NCBI GenBank assembly: GCA_963664435.2
Contig: CAXXKM010000001.1
Span: forward strand, 992,001-1,056,000
Source: Longimicrobiales bacterium
GTDB taxonomy: Bacteria; Gemmatimonadota; Gemmatimonadetes; Longimicrobiales; Gaopeijiaceae
Reading direction: 5' to 3'
Length of the DNA: 64,000 nucleotides
The notes beneath the pieces are model-generated. The model was given only the letters and a program-made list of their open reading frames with translations. It made no database searches and was not told where the DNA came from. This document shows, in pieces, positions 1 through 9,460 of the stretch. Each line of letters opens with the position of its first letter. The stretch's first letter is position 1. The position numbers and the translations under genes are program-made.

Positions 1-2
1 AG

Positions 3-281
3 TTCATTGGGTCGCAAGACACTTCGGCACTCGGCGACTTCGAGGAACGACTCATGGCAGCCGGATACAACGACACCGATGACTACGCGGACCAACTGTG
101 GTTGATCGGCGACCCAGCGATCTTCGCGGTTGTTGAGGACTTTCCACGGATCATTCCTTCAATGATACCGTCAGGAGTGAGCGATGTACGCTATCAGATT
201 ACCTTGGCGGAATGCGAGCCGTTCCGAGTCAAGGTTGCCGATCTGTCAGCCGCCATCTTAGGGATTTCCAATGACGATTGA
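3..281 (+). CDS. PD-(D/E)XK motif protein (DUF4420/MzaD-like), C-terminal part, truncated by window start
   Basis: Frame is open from base 3. C-terminal 'FPRI...GVSDVRYQITL..CEPF' is typical of DUF4420, and it overlaps the start of an AIPR gene, the usual neighbour. Confidence 0.7.
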   Translation, partial: FIGSQDTSALGDFEERLMAAGYNDTDDYADQLWLIGDPAIFAVVEDFPRIIPSMIPSGVSDVRYQITLAECEPFRVKVADLSAAILGISNDD

Positions 282-1558
282 CGATTTTGCGGAAGACTTC
301 CGCCAGAGAGTGATGGTCGCGGCCGATGCGGACGGGAAGTTTCGCGAGGACGCTTTCTTCGACATCGCGTGCGAATACCTTGTGGACTCGGGTGACCTCG
401 ATACAGCCGACCGGGTAGCTTACCGGCACCCCAGTCGTGGCATTCGGGTCGACGGCTATGCCGGCGACCCCCAAGATGCGGCAGGCACGCTAAGCTTGAT
501 CGGCCTTGACTTTTCGCCGGCGCCGAGCCTCGGTAGGCTGATCGGTAGCCAGATGGACGCCATTTTCCAGCGGATGAAGCGTTTCGTTACGCAAGCCTTG
601 AACGAGACGTGGCGTAACGCGCTGGAGGAGACGAGTCCCGCCTTCGGCTTGGCGGACCTGATCGCTTTCAGGTGGTCCCAAGTTGCGAAGGTTCGCCTGA
701 TTCTCGTCAGCAACCGGGAACTCAGCGGGCGAGTGGATGGTAGACCCGCAGGAATCTTGGAGGGGAAGCGGGTTACCTATAGCGTGTGGGACCTCCGACG
801 CCTCCATCGTGCCGATACGAGTAGCGAACCGGAGGAAATGGTGATCGACCTCGTAAATGACTTTGGTGGGCCGATCGCAATTCTTCCCGCACAGCACATC
901 TCGGATGTTCATGAGTCGTTCCTAGCCGTCATTCCGGGCACTGTCTTGGCGGAGATCTATGACACATGGGGTCCGCGATTGTTGGAGCAGAACGTTCGCG
1001 TCTTCCTTCAGGCGCGCAGCAAGGTGAACCGGGGTATTCGGGACACGCTTGTTCGCGAACCGAAGATGTTCTTCGCCTATAACAATGGTATCACGGCCAC
1101 GGCGCAGGCAGTAGACATCCGTAAGGATCGAGGCAGCCTGCTGCTTCAGCGAATGACCAACTTTCAGATTGTCAACGGAGGTCAGACAACGGCGTCCATC
1201 CATACCGCGATGCGCAAGGCTCAGGATCTGTCGCAGACCTACGTCCAGATGAAGCTATCGGTAGTGGACTCGCAGCGAGCGACCGAAGTTGTGCCGAGAA
1301 TCTCAGAGTACGCGAACAGTCAGAACCGCATAGCGGCGTCGGATTTCTTTGCCAACCATCCATTTCACATCAGGGTTGAGAAATTCTCGCGCAGACTGTA
1401 TGCACCATCTGCGGAAGGAACGTTCCAGCAGAACAAGTGGTTCTACGAGAGAGCACGAGGCCAGTATGCCGACGCTCGCGCACGGAAAACTCGGGCACGG
1501 CGCAGGAAATTCGACATCGAGTACGGAACCTGCCAACGACTTTGAGACACTTTCCGGT

Positions 1559-2596
1559 TCAGTTTAGCGAGCCCTCCTTTCCCCCGTTGGCCGACTCTGC
1601 GCCATCGACCGCCGTGACGGGGAGTGCGGGGTTGATCCAGACCTCCTCCGGGAGTTTCACAGCCCTCGGCGGGCCTCCCACGAAGCGGTCGGGGTGGGCG
1701 GCGTAGGCGGCGGCCAGTACGTTCTGCCGGTGCTCGATCACCTCGGGGGCGCGGCCGAGGTGGACCTGCTCTGGGGTGAGCAGGCCGATGCCGCCGTGCC
1801 GGTGTTGGGTGTTGTACCACTGGAAGAACTCCCGGCAGAAGTCCTTCGCCTCCTCGATGCTGCCGAAGCGACCCGGGAAGCCCGGGTGGTACTTGATGGT
1901 CTTGAAGTGCGCCTCCGAGTACGGGTTGTCGTTCGAGACCCTGGGGCGGCTCAGCGACTGCGTGACGCCCAGGTCGGCCAGGAGCTGCGCCGTGCACTTG
2001 GCCGTCATGGGAGATCCCCTGTCCGAGTGCAGCGTGAGCACGCGGGGCTGCACACCGTGCTTGAGACACGTCTCGCTGACCAAGTGTCCGGCCAGGCCCG
2101 CGGTCTCGCGCTCCGCCACCATCCAGCCCGTGACGTAGCGGCTGTAGATGTCCAGGATCACGTACAGGTAGAAGTACTGCCACTTCTCCGGCCCCAGCAG
2201 CCGGGTGATGTCCCAGGACCACACCTCGTTGGGTGCGCGGGCCACCACCTCGGGCTTCGGGTGGTTGGGATGGCTGCGCTGCGCCCGCCGCTCCCGAACC
2301 GCCTCCTTCTCGGCCAGGATCCGGTACATCGTCCGCTCCGAACAAAGGTAGGTCCCTTCGTCCAGCAGCGTCGCGTACACTTCCGCCGGCGCGCGGTCGG
2401 CGAAGCGCGGCGAGCACAGCACACTGAAGACCTCCGCCCGCTCCGCTGTGTCCAGGGCCCGGGCAGGAGCCGGCCGGGGCTGCCGCTGCCCGGTCTTCGG
2501 CCTCCGGCGACGGTAGAACGTGGCGCGCGCAACCCCAAGAGCTTTGCACGCCGCGCGTACACCCACGTGCCCGGCCAAGCCTCCGGCCGCGCTCAA
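1559..2596 (-). CDS. IS3-family DDE transposase OrfB (rve integrase core)
   Basis: 'WSWDIT', 'LHSDRGSPM', 'SNDNPYSEAHFKTIKY' DDE motifs; TTG start overlaps the orfA stop. Confidence 0.92.
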   Translation of the reverse strand: MSAAGGLAGHVGVRAACKALGVARATFYRRRRPKTGQRQPRPAPARALDTAERAEVFSVLCSPRFADRAPAEVYATLLDEGTYLCSERTMYRILAEKEAVRERRAQRSHPNHPKPEVVARAPNEVWSWDITRLLGPEKWQYFYLYVILDIYSRYVTGWMVAERETAGLAGHLVSETCLKHGVQPRVLTLHSDRGSPMTAKCTAQLLADLGVTQSLSRPRVSNDNPYSEAHFKTIKYHPGFPGRFGSIEEAKDFCREFFQWYNTQHRHGGIGLLTPEQVHLGRAPEVIEHRQNVLAAAYAAHPDRFVGGPPRAVKLPEEVWINPALPVTAVDGAESANGGKEGSLN

Positions 2597-3045
2597 GAGC
2601 GCTTCCCGTCCCCGGGGCTCACGCCCAGCAGCCCCGCAACTTTTCCCTGGACATCGATGATGATGCGCGCCTTGCGGAGTTCCTCGCGCAGCCGCGCGTT
2701 CTCCCGCTCCAGCTTCCGCACCTTCTTCGCCTCACGCTTTCCGCCCGACGACCTCGGGCCGCGCTTCTTCGCCAGACCCCGCAGCGACCCTTCCCGCGCC
2801 GCCTTCCGCCACGACGACAGGTGCGAACTATACAGTCCTTCGCGCCGAAGCAGCTCTCCGATCTCGCCCGGTGTATCGCAGGCGTCCGCCTTCCCGACGA
2901 TCGACAGCTTGTACGCCGCCGTGAACCGCCGCCGCGTCGCCTTCGCCGCAACCTCCGGATCCGCCGGGGACGCTGCCGCGCTTCGCTTGCCCTCCCCCGA
3001 AGAGAGGGGCGTTCCGTTCACCTTCATTCCTTCTCCTCGTGCCAT
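2593..3045 (-). CDS. IS3-family transposase OrfA (HTH + coiled coil)
   Basis: 'RRRFTAAYKLSIV...LLRREGLYSSHLSSWR...LERENARLREEL'; exact start uncertain. Confidence 0.88.
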   Translation of the reverse strand: MARGEGMKVNGTPLSSGEGKRSAAASPADPEVAAKATRRRFTAAYKLSIVGKADACDTPGEIGELLRREGLYSSHLSSWRKAAREGSLRGLAKKRGPRSSGGKREAKKVRKLERENARLREELRKARIIIDVQGKVAGLLGVSPGDGKRS

Positions 3046-4098
3046 CCTGCATCTCTCTGCCTCGCCCTACTCTAATCTCTTTCTCCTCTCGTGTCTCGCG
3101 CGTGTTGGCAGAGAGGGGTATCCGCGGCGTCAGAAGTTTACTAAGACCGATCTTGCGAAGTTTCTGAGTGTCTGGGACGGATTGCCTCACATCGTCAGTC
3201 TGGGAGCACAGAAGAACTTCGCGGCGTTCGCCCAGCGCGTTGGGGTTGCTTGGAAGAAGAAGAAGAACGACTTTAACGAAGAGTGGTACAAAGAAGCGAT
3301 AGCAAAGGCGATCATATTCAAAGCGACCGAGCGCATTGTATCGGCACAGCCGTGGTATCAAGGCGGATTTCGGGCAAATATCGTGGCTTACACGATCGCG
3401 CGGATTTCCCACCAAGTCGGGACGGGGAAGCGCAGTGTGGACTTTCAGGCCATCTGGCGGCGCCAAGAACCCGGGCCAGTTCTCAAGAAGACCATTGCGG
3501 TGGTGTCGAAGGGCGTGCACGACGTTCTGGTAGCCCCCCCGGAGGGCATGCGCAACGTCACGGAGTGGGCAAAGAAGGAACTCTGCTGGACCCAGGTGAG
3601 AGGCGTGGGATTCTCATGGCCGCCCGGGCTGGATAAGGAGTTGGTCACGACCGAAGAAAGGCACAGCGCAAGAATGGGTGCCCGGCGCGACCAACGCATG
3701 CTCAACGGTATCGAGGCGCAGATCGCAGTAGTCAACGCTGGTCCTGAGTTCTGGAAGGAGGTTCTCTTATGGGGAGGGCGGGAGGCGTTGCTGTCCCCCT
3801 CCGATATCAACATCATTCGGGCTCTCGCGCGAGGGGGACCGCGCCCGCCCTCGGAAGGGCAGGCGTTGCGCGCAGTGCAGGCCTTGAAGCGCCTGCGGGA
3901 AGCAGGGTACCGCAAGGATCTTTCTGGACTGGCAGAGCTGTGACCGACCGATTGTCAAAGGGGATCGACAGGTTCAGGGTTTGGGCAACGGAGCCTGACA
4001 ACAATAACAAGACATAACAGTCTGTTGGAGTTAGAACCTCCGGATCCGCTCAGAAGTGCACAGAGGACGACTTTTCGTGGAATCAGTGGACTCAGCTC

Positions 4099-4517
4099 CG
4101 CTCCTCCCGAAACCTCGCCTCGTCCGGCGCCAGTTCAATCGCATTGGCGTACGCTTCGTCCTCGACCGAAGCCATTTCGCCCAGCCACCGGCGAGCGCGC
4201 CCGAGTTCCTGCCACGCTCAAGCGTGTCTGCGCCGGGAAGCATCCATTTCAATCAGGCGCTCCAGAAGCACCCAGGCATCCTCGAGGAGCAGTTGGTTCT
4301 CACGAGCGTGCCCGTCCCGGTCGGCCTGCACCGCCAGCCACAGGTTGTTCTGGGCAACCCTCGAGCAGCGCCCGAGGGGTCGTCGAGGATCGCGGCACCG
4401 GCGATATCGAAGAGCTTGGCAGCCATGTCGGAACCCTTCAGCTACTTGGCAACGACGATCGGCGCGCCGATCACCCTTCGCTTGCGGACAAGCTCGCGGC
4501 GCGCCCGTCCAGGAAAC
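4099..4517 (-). pseudogene. Decayed partial copy of the TPR-like region of the 6992-9331 gene
   Basis: Aligns by eye with 7386-7797 ('AQNNLWLAVQADRDGHARENQLLLEDA' vs 'AQNKLWLAVQAHRDGHARENRMLLEDA'), with indels and a TGG>TGA stop at 4218-4220. Confidence 0.85.
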
Positions 4518-5102
4518 ATCGCCGTGTAGCTTCGACCAACTCGGGGCTGCTGTCCAGAGGGTTCGGATGGCGCTGGGCTCGTAGGTACAGTGTTCTTTGA
4601 TTCGAGTTCGGCGACGACTGCGATGCCAGCGTGATCGCTTGGCTTCTCGCACCTCCGACTGGCCCTGCCTCAGGTCTGCTTCCCCGCCTGGCAGGGCGTT
4701 CCCCGAAGGGCTGTTGCGGCTCGGGCTCATCTACAACGTCGGTGAGGACGGCGTCGGGAAGAACGCTTTCAAGGCGGCGATGGGGGATCCTCGCGCGCCC
4801 AGCGCAACCAGGCGTCTTCCCACCCCAAGGGTCATGGGGTGAAGCAGGAGAGTCTTCCGTGCCATGGCTGCCTCTTGATGCTATAGTAGTCCCGCGTTGA
4901 ACACGAGGGATGAGCCAAGGCAAGAAGATGATGAGATGAACAGGACCGTTGTTACGAACAAGATTACGTGGTTTGCGAACGAATCCGATATCGCTCCCAA
5001 CCAGCCTTGCCAGGCGTGTGATTTTGGCGTCACCCGGATTCTCACCAAGACTCGGTGTACCGGAGGGGGGTAGGACCTCACCTGATTAACCTGCTTGAGA
5101 TC

Positions 5103-5477
5103 ATGAGATATCGAGAACCCCTCCCCGAGGGGTGTCCCCCTGATGCAGCCGAAGAGATTACGCACCCGCAAAGGCTATTCCGCTTGGTTCGAACGGCACC
5201 CCCCACTGATGCTGACTTTCGGTCGCAACGCGCAGAAAGGCCAGAGCGGGACTTCGGAGTTTCTGAGTGCCAGGCACGCGGTCTCTCGGTGCATACTGAT
5301 CGAAGCGATTCTGAACGGCTGTTGAAGCTTCCGGCGTTACGCGGACGCCTGATCTGCCAGGTCCAACTAGCCGCCGGCGCCGGCCGGATTCAACAGACCG
5401 GGAAACCCACACACCATACATGGTGGCCGTTAGCTGGGTACGACATCCTCGCATCCTGCCGAGTGGAGACAAGATGA
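5103..5477 (+). CDS. Small hypothetical protein, possible ADP-ribosyltransferase-like fold
   Basis: 124 aa from ATG 5103; 'LFRLV...GLSVH...HHTWW' pattern; ATGA overlap with the next gene. Confidence 0.65.
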   Translation: MRYREPLPEGCPPDAAEEITHPQRLFRLVRTAPPTDADFRSQRAERPERDFGVSECQARGLSVHTDRSDSERLLKLPALRGRLICQVQLAAGAGRIQQTGKPTHHTWWPLAGYDILASCRVETR

Positions 5478-6631
5478 ACGCAGTCCGCTACTCGGGTACG
5501 CTACTCTACTACGATGGCCTACAGCTCTTCGAAGCCCGAGATGCCATCGGAGGCCACTACTTGGCGATGCTTCTCGACCAGTTAGTCGACGGTGACCGGT
5601 ATCTCGTCGTTGGCGTGAGTCCCGAAGGGCTAGCTCGATTCCGAATGGGCGAGCTTGACCTTAGGTCCCTCATCCTCGATCTGGGCCGAGAGGTTTGGTA
5701 CTTGACAACAATTCCAGGCGACCTCGATGACGCGCTGCTACTCACGCCACAATCCGAGCTGCTGCAAGATAACAGTTTGTTGCCAGACGAGGGCTTCTTG
5801 TTGCACGGCCATCCGACAACCGATGAAGTCCTGCGGGAAGCTAGGCGACGGCGCAATCTCGTCGTGGAGATTGCAGCGGATCCGCCGGAGTCATTGGCTG
5901 GTCATCGCATCCGGATGGAGACACTCGCAGACTTGCTTGGTCGCGTTCAACAACTGGCCAAGCACGCCTATCGAGCGGCGCTCAGAGATGTCGCCCCGGC
6001 CAAAAGAGCGACCACTGATGTACGGGAAGGCTATTTGATGGATGTAGTTGTTCCGGCAGCCCCTGGTTCATTTAAAGTCATCCTCGAAGCATCCAGTATA
6101 CCAGACACGACCTTGAACCTCTTTGGGCAAAGTCAGCTCACATATGCGTTACAGCGCATAGACGAACTCTTTAAATTCGCATCTGATCCAGATCAGTCGG
6201 TGCCCATCGTCCAACGTCATCGTGGACGCGTGGCGACCGCTTATCTCGGCTTGCTCAGATTCTTGGTTGAGCGTGATACAGGGTTAAGGTACTCGTGGGC
6301 TGAACCCACATCGGATCGACCGAGACATCGTTCGGTCTCGAAGAATGATGCACGGTCGCTAGTAGATGCATTCTCAGTGGTCAGCGGAATCGGTAGCGAA
6401 CCCGTCACGGTAGTTGGTCGCTTCGCGAAGTTTAATCGTAGCACCGGGGATTGGGGCTTGGTGGGAGCGAAGGAACAATACTCTGGTAAAGTTAGGGACG
6501 ATGGACCCAGCTTAGATGGACTGAAAGTGGGCGAAATGTATCGGTTTTATTGCACAGAGGAAACTGTCGAAACGGATCGCACCGGTCGCCAGAGTCGGAC
6601 GCTTTACCTCAACGAGCACGAACGCGCTTGA
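5474..6631 (+). CDS. Hypothetical protein with DUF6575-like N-terminus
   Basis: GGAG RBS at 5465-5468 and ATG at 5474; N-terminal 'TLLYYDGLQLFEARDAIGGHY'; 385 aa; visibly lower GC than the flanks. Confidence 0.7.
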   Translation: MNAVRYSGTLLYYDGLQLFEARDAIGGHYLAMLLDQLVDGDRYLVVGVSPEGLARFRMGELDLRSLILDLGREVWYLTTIPGDLDDALLLTPQSELLQDNSLLPDEGFLLHGHPTTDEVLREARRRRNLVVEIAADPPESLAGHRIRMETLADLLGRVQQLAKHAYRAALRDVAPAKRATTDVREGYLMDVVVPAAPGSFKVILEASSIPDTTLNLFGQSQLTYALQRIDELFKFASDPDQSVPIVQRHRGRVATAYLGLLRFLVERDTGLRYSWAEPTSDRPRHRSVSKNDARSLVDAFSVVSGIGSEPVTVVGRFAKFNRSTGDWGLVGAKEQYSGKVRDDGPSLDGLKVGEMYRFYCTEETVETDRTGRQSRTLYLNEHERA

Positions 6632-6991
6632 AACCAGCGTTTCCGCCGATCGGACAAGCACGACCATGGCCGACTATGCACGAGCCATCCATAGAGTGAA
6701 CCAAGAAGTCATACCGCTCCGGACTCATCACGACCATCAGGGCCTCTAGCTGGTGCCTGGACACCTTCTCGGCAGGGACAACATCTCCCGCCGCAGCCGG
6801 TTGCGATCCGAAAGGATCCGTTCCCGGCACCGGGGACTTCTCAAACACCATGGACAAGGACGCAGCGAGAACCTGACCTCGGTGAAGCCCGGCGTTAGCT
6901 GATTACCCCACTTTGTACGGCCATCACAATCGCCACTTGCCACTCGGTCACGATGCAGCTTCCAAGTTCATTCATGGGCTTGCAGAACGGC

Positions 6992-9331
6992 TCAGCCATC
7001 TTCTTCCTCGTTAGGATCGGGCATCAGCGCAACCAAAAGCGCGTCTTTGCGCCTCAGCCATTCCGTAAGGCTCTCCCGATGGTATAAGCCGTGTTGTTTG
7101 CCCATAGGGTACCGATCTGCGAACTCTTTCAGTAGATGATGTACACGTTCTTCCTTGTCTGCTCGGCGTGTCTCGTTGTCCACCCGGCGCGTCTCGCCAG
7201 TGAGGGGGCTCTTCCAAGTAGACCGCCACGAGGACCAAGAATACGAAGCTCGAATCTCGTTCTCGGCCTGCTCTTGTGACAGCCAAACACCAGGAGCGGG
7301 CGGGGTTGGCGGGAGTGATTGCGCCTTTAAGAGTTGCGGCTTTGCAGGCATGATCTTCGTATCAGCAGCACGCTTCCTGGCTAAACGCTCCTCCTCGAAC
7401 CTCGTTTCGTCCGGTGCCAGTTCAATCGCCTTGGCGTACGCTTCGTCCACGACCGAAGCTGGTTCGCCCAACCACCGGCGAGCGCGCCCGAGTTCCCGCC
7501 ACGCCCAAGCGAGCCTGCGGCGGGAAGCATCCATTCCAATCAGGCGCTCTAGAAGCACGCGGGCATCCTCAAGGAGCATGCGGTTCTCCCGAGCGTGCCC
7601 GTCCCGGTGGGCCTGCACCGCCAGCCACAGCTTGTTCTGGGCACTCTCGAGCAGAGCCCGCGGGTCGTCGAGGATCGCCGGACCGGCGATATCGAAGAAC
7701 TTGGCGGCCATTTCGGAATCCCTCAGCCGTCTGGCAACGATCGCCGCGCCGATCGCCTCGCCCGCCGACAGTCTCGCAGCGTGCCCGTCCAGGAAACGAA
7801 GCGCCCGGTCTCCCTGGCCGTCCGCGACCAGGCCTTCGAGCCAAGCCACGACGACGCCGGGTCCACGCGATTCAACATCCACATCCAGCGAAGCCTCGAC
7901 CACGGGCTCGGCGCGATCCAAGTCACCCTGCGCGATGCACTGGCGGACCAGCTCTTCAGCTAGAACGAGCGACACAGGATCGGCTCGCCACGCCGACTCG
8001 AGCGCGTCCGCCGCCGCGCCGGGCCGACCCACTGCGCGCAGTTCGCCAGCCCTGCGGACTGCAGACGCGGCGCTCTGCCATGGGTGGGCGAACAAGGTCG
8101 CCTGGAAGAGCGTACGTTGCTCATCGAAATAGAAGTCCGGCGGCGGCGAACCGTTACGCTCCATCGCCTGATATATCTTTCCCAGGCCCGTGAGACGCTT
8201 TTCGGCCAGTCCGAGTTCCTTGAGCAACTCGCCGATTCGCGGATTGCGCGGGGGCACCAGCCGCGGCGTGGCTCCCCGGCGGAGCTGATCCGTGTCGATT
8301 CCCGGAACCGGCCCCGGCGTGCTTCTGATGTCGATCCGGTCGGCCGTGACGCGAACCAGAGTTGTATCGGGCGAGTCCCGGTCGTAGCCCCGGTGGAAAA
8401 GTGCGTTCACCAACGCTTCGCGCAGCGCGTCTTCCGGATAGCTGGTGCGGTGCGAGGCGTGAAGTCCGCCGGAGGCCTTCTTGATCTCCAAACCGATGAC
8501 CTCGCGGCGAAGATACGCGAGACAACCGCTGACCTGCTCCGCGAGGCCGCCTGCGAACTCCTTCTCCTCGATAACATCGCCGCCGGTTCCTGCCCGCAGG
8601 ATAGCGACTTCGATCTTCGCTCCCGGAAACCACCGCGCGGGATCGCGGGAAAAGAAGAGGAGTGCCACGTTGCGGGGCACTTCATGGGCGTTGACACGCC
8701 GGACGATGTCCATCTTCCGGTAGATGGTCCGGGCGTCCGCTTCCTCCAGCAGGGCGCTGCCGCAGGCCCTCAGGTGTTCTCGCACCATCGTCTCGCTCAG
8801 GTCATCAACCGTGGCGTCCAAGGCGGCACGGGCATCCCACGGTACCGAAGCGGATTGGTTGAGCAACTGCGTGAGTAAGCCATGGCGCTGGGCGTCTACC
8901 GTCTTTTGGTCGATCCGAACCCAATAGCGCCCGGGTTCCCTGTCGCCGCCCGGAGCCTGGTGCGGCGGGACCTCGCTGGCAGGCACCCAAATGACCAGGA
9001 TACTCTTCCCCTCCACTTCCTCCTGCGAAATGCGCGGTACATACGTCGGTTCGATTCTGCGACAGTTTCCGCTGATCCAGTTCGTCGCCTCTCTAACCTG
9101 CTCTGGACTCAACCCCTTCGGCGGCAGCTGAGCTCTGCCATTCCTCTCGGCCACGCCCAGAATGACATATCCGCTGCCATGTCTTCTCAGATCGTTGGCG
9201 AATGCGCAGATGGTCTTCAGGACCTGGTAGCCCGTTACCTTCCGGTCCCATGTGGCTTTGAACTCGATCCGCTCCGACTCAACCGTGCGTACATGGAGCA
9301 GGTCGTCGAGGTTGATTCGCAGGTTGCTCAC
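6992..9331 (-). CDS. Schlafen/AlbA_2 domain + HATPase_c_4 (RecG C-terminal-like) + TPR-like protein
   Basis: 'ESERIEFKATW', 'ICAFAND...GYVILGV', 'YPEDALREALVNALFHRGY', 'RNPRIGELLKELGLAEK..TG', followed by helical repeats. Confidence 0.85.
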   Translation of the reverse strand: MSNLRINLDDLLHVRTVESERIEFKATWDRKVTGYQVLKTICAFANDLRRHGSGYVILGVAERNGRAQLPPKGLSPEQVREATNWISGNCRRIEPTYVPRISQEEVEGKSILVIWVPASEVPPHQAPGGDREPGRYWVRIDQKTVDAQRHGLLTQLLNQSASVPWDARAALDATVDDLSETMVREHLRACGSALLEEADARTIYRKMDIVRRVNAHEVPRNVALLFFSRDPARWFPGAKIEVAILRAGTGGDVIEEKEFAGGLAEQVSGCLAYLRREVIGLEIKKASGGLHASHRTSYPEDALREALVNALFHRGYDRDSPDTTLVRVTADRIDIRSTPGPVPGIDTDQLRRGATPRLVPPRNPRIGELLKELGLAEKRLTGLGKIYQAMERNGSPPPDFYFDEQRTLFQATLFAHPWQSAASAVRRAGELRAVGRPGAAADALESAWRADPVSLVLAEELVRQCIAQGDLDRAEPVVEASLDVDVESRGPGVVVAWLEGLVADGQGDRALRFLDGHAARLSAGEAIGAAIVARRLRDSEMAAKFFDIAGPAILDDPRALLESAQNKLWLAVQAHRDGHARENRMLLEDARVLLERLIGMDASRRRLAWAWRELGRARRWLGEPASVVDEAYAKAIELAPDETRFEEERLARKRAADTKIMPAKPQLLKAQSLPPTPPAPGVWLSQEQAENEIRASYSWSSWRSTWKSPLTGETRRVDNETRRADKEERVHHLLKEFADRYPMGKQHGLYHRESLTEWLRRKDALLVALMPDPNEEEDG

Positions 9332-9460
9332 CGGAACGTGCCTCCTGCCGAGACGCGCGTTTGGGTTCCTTCCGGCACCGTTCGTGACGGTAGCCAGACC
9401 AGCCGCCGACGAAGAATAACAGGTACTGGCGCCCGGAACCTCACGACCTCCGCTCGGAAC

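Larger units (their letters stand above)
1524..3117 (-). mobile_element. IS3-like insertion sequence (orfA+orfB) with 3-bp target duplication GTA
   Basis: GTA at 1521-1523 and 3118-3120. Imperfect inverted repeats TGCCAAC-N6-GAGACAC at 1531-1550 and 3091-3110. Two overlapping transposase ORFs inside. Confidence 0.88.
271..3943 (+). pseudogene. AIPR family protein (MzaE-like), interrupted by an IS; fragments 271-1523 and 3121-3943
   Basis: AIPR motifs 'LLEQNVRVFLQ', 'FFAYNNGIT', 'QIVNGGQTTAS', 'ISEYANSQN'. Removing 1524-3120 restores the in-frame sequence ...FDIEYPRRQKFTKTDLAK... (691 aa). Confidence 0.9.

Noticed and set aside
1694..3943. 749-aa + strand ORF
   Set aside because: Chimera of antisense IS sequence read into the AIPR C-terminal fragment; only 3121-3943 is real coding sequence.
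4597..4842. Sel1-like fragment 'LLRLGLIYNVGEDGVGKNAFKAA'
   Set aside because: Single weak match in a short ORF with no supporting context.
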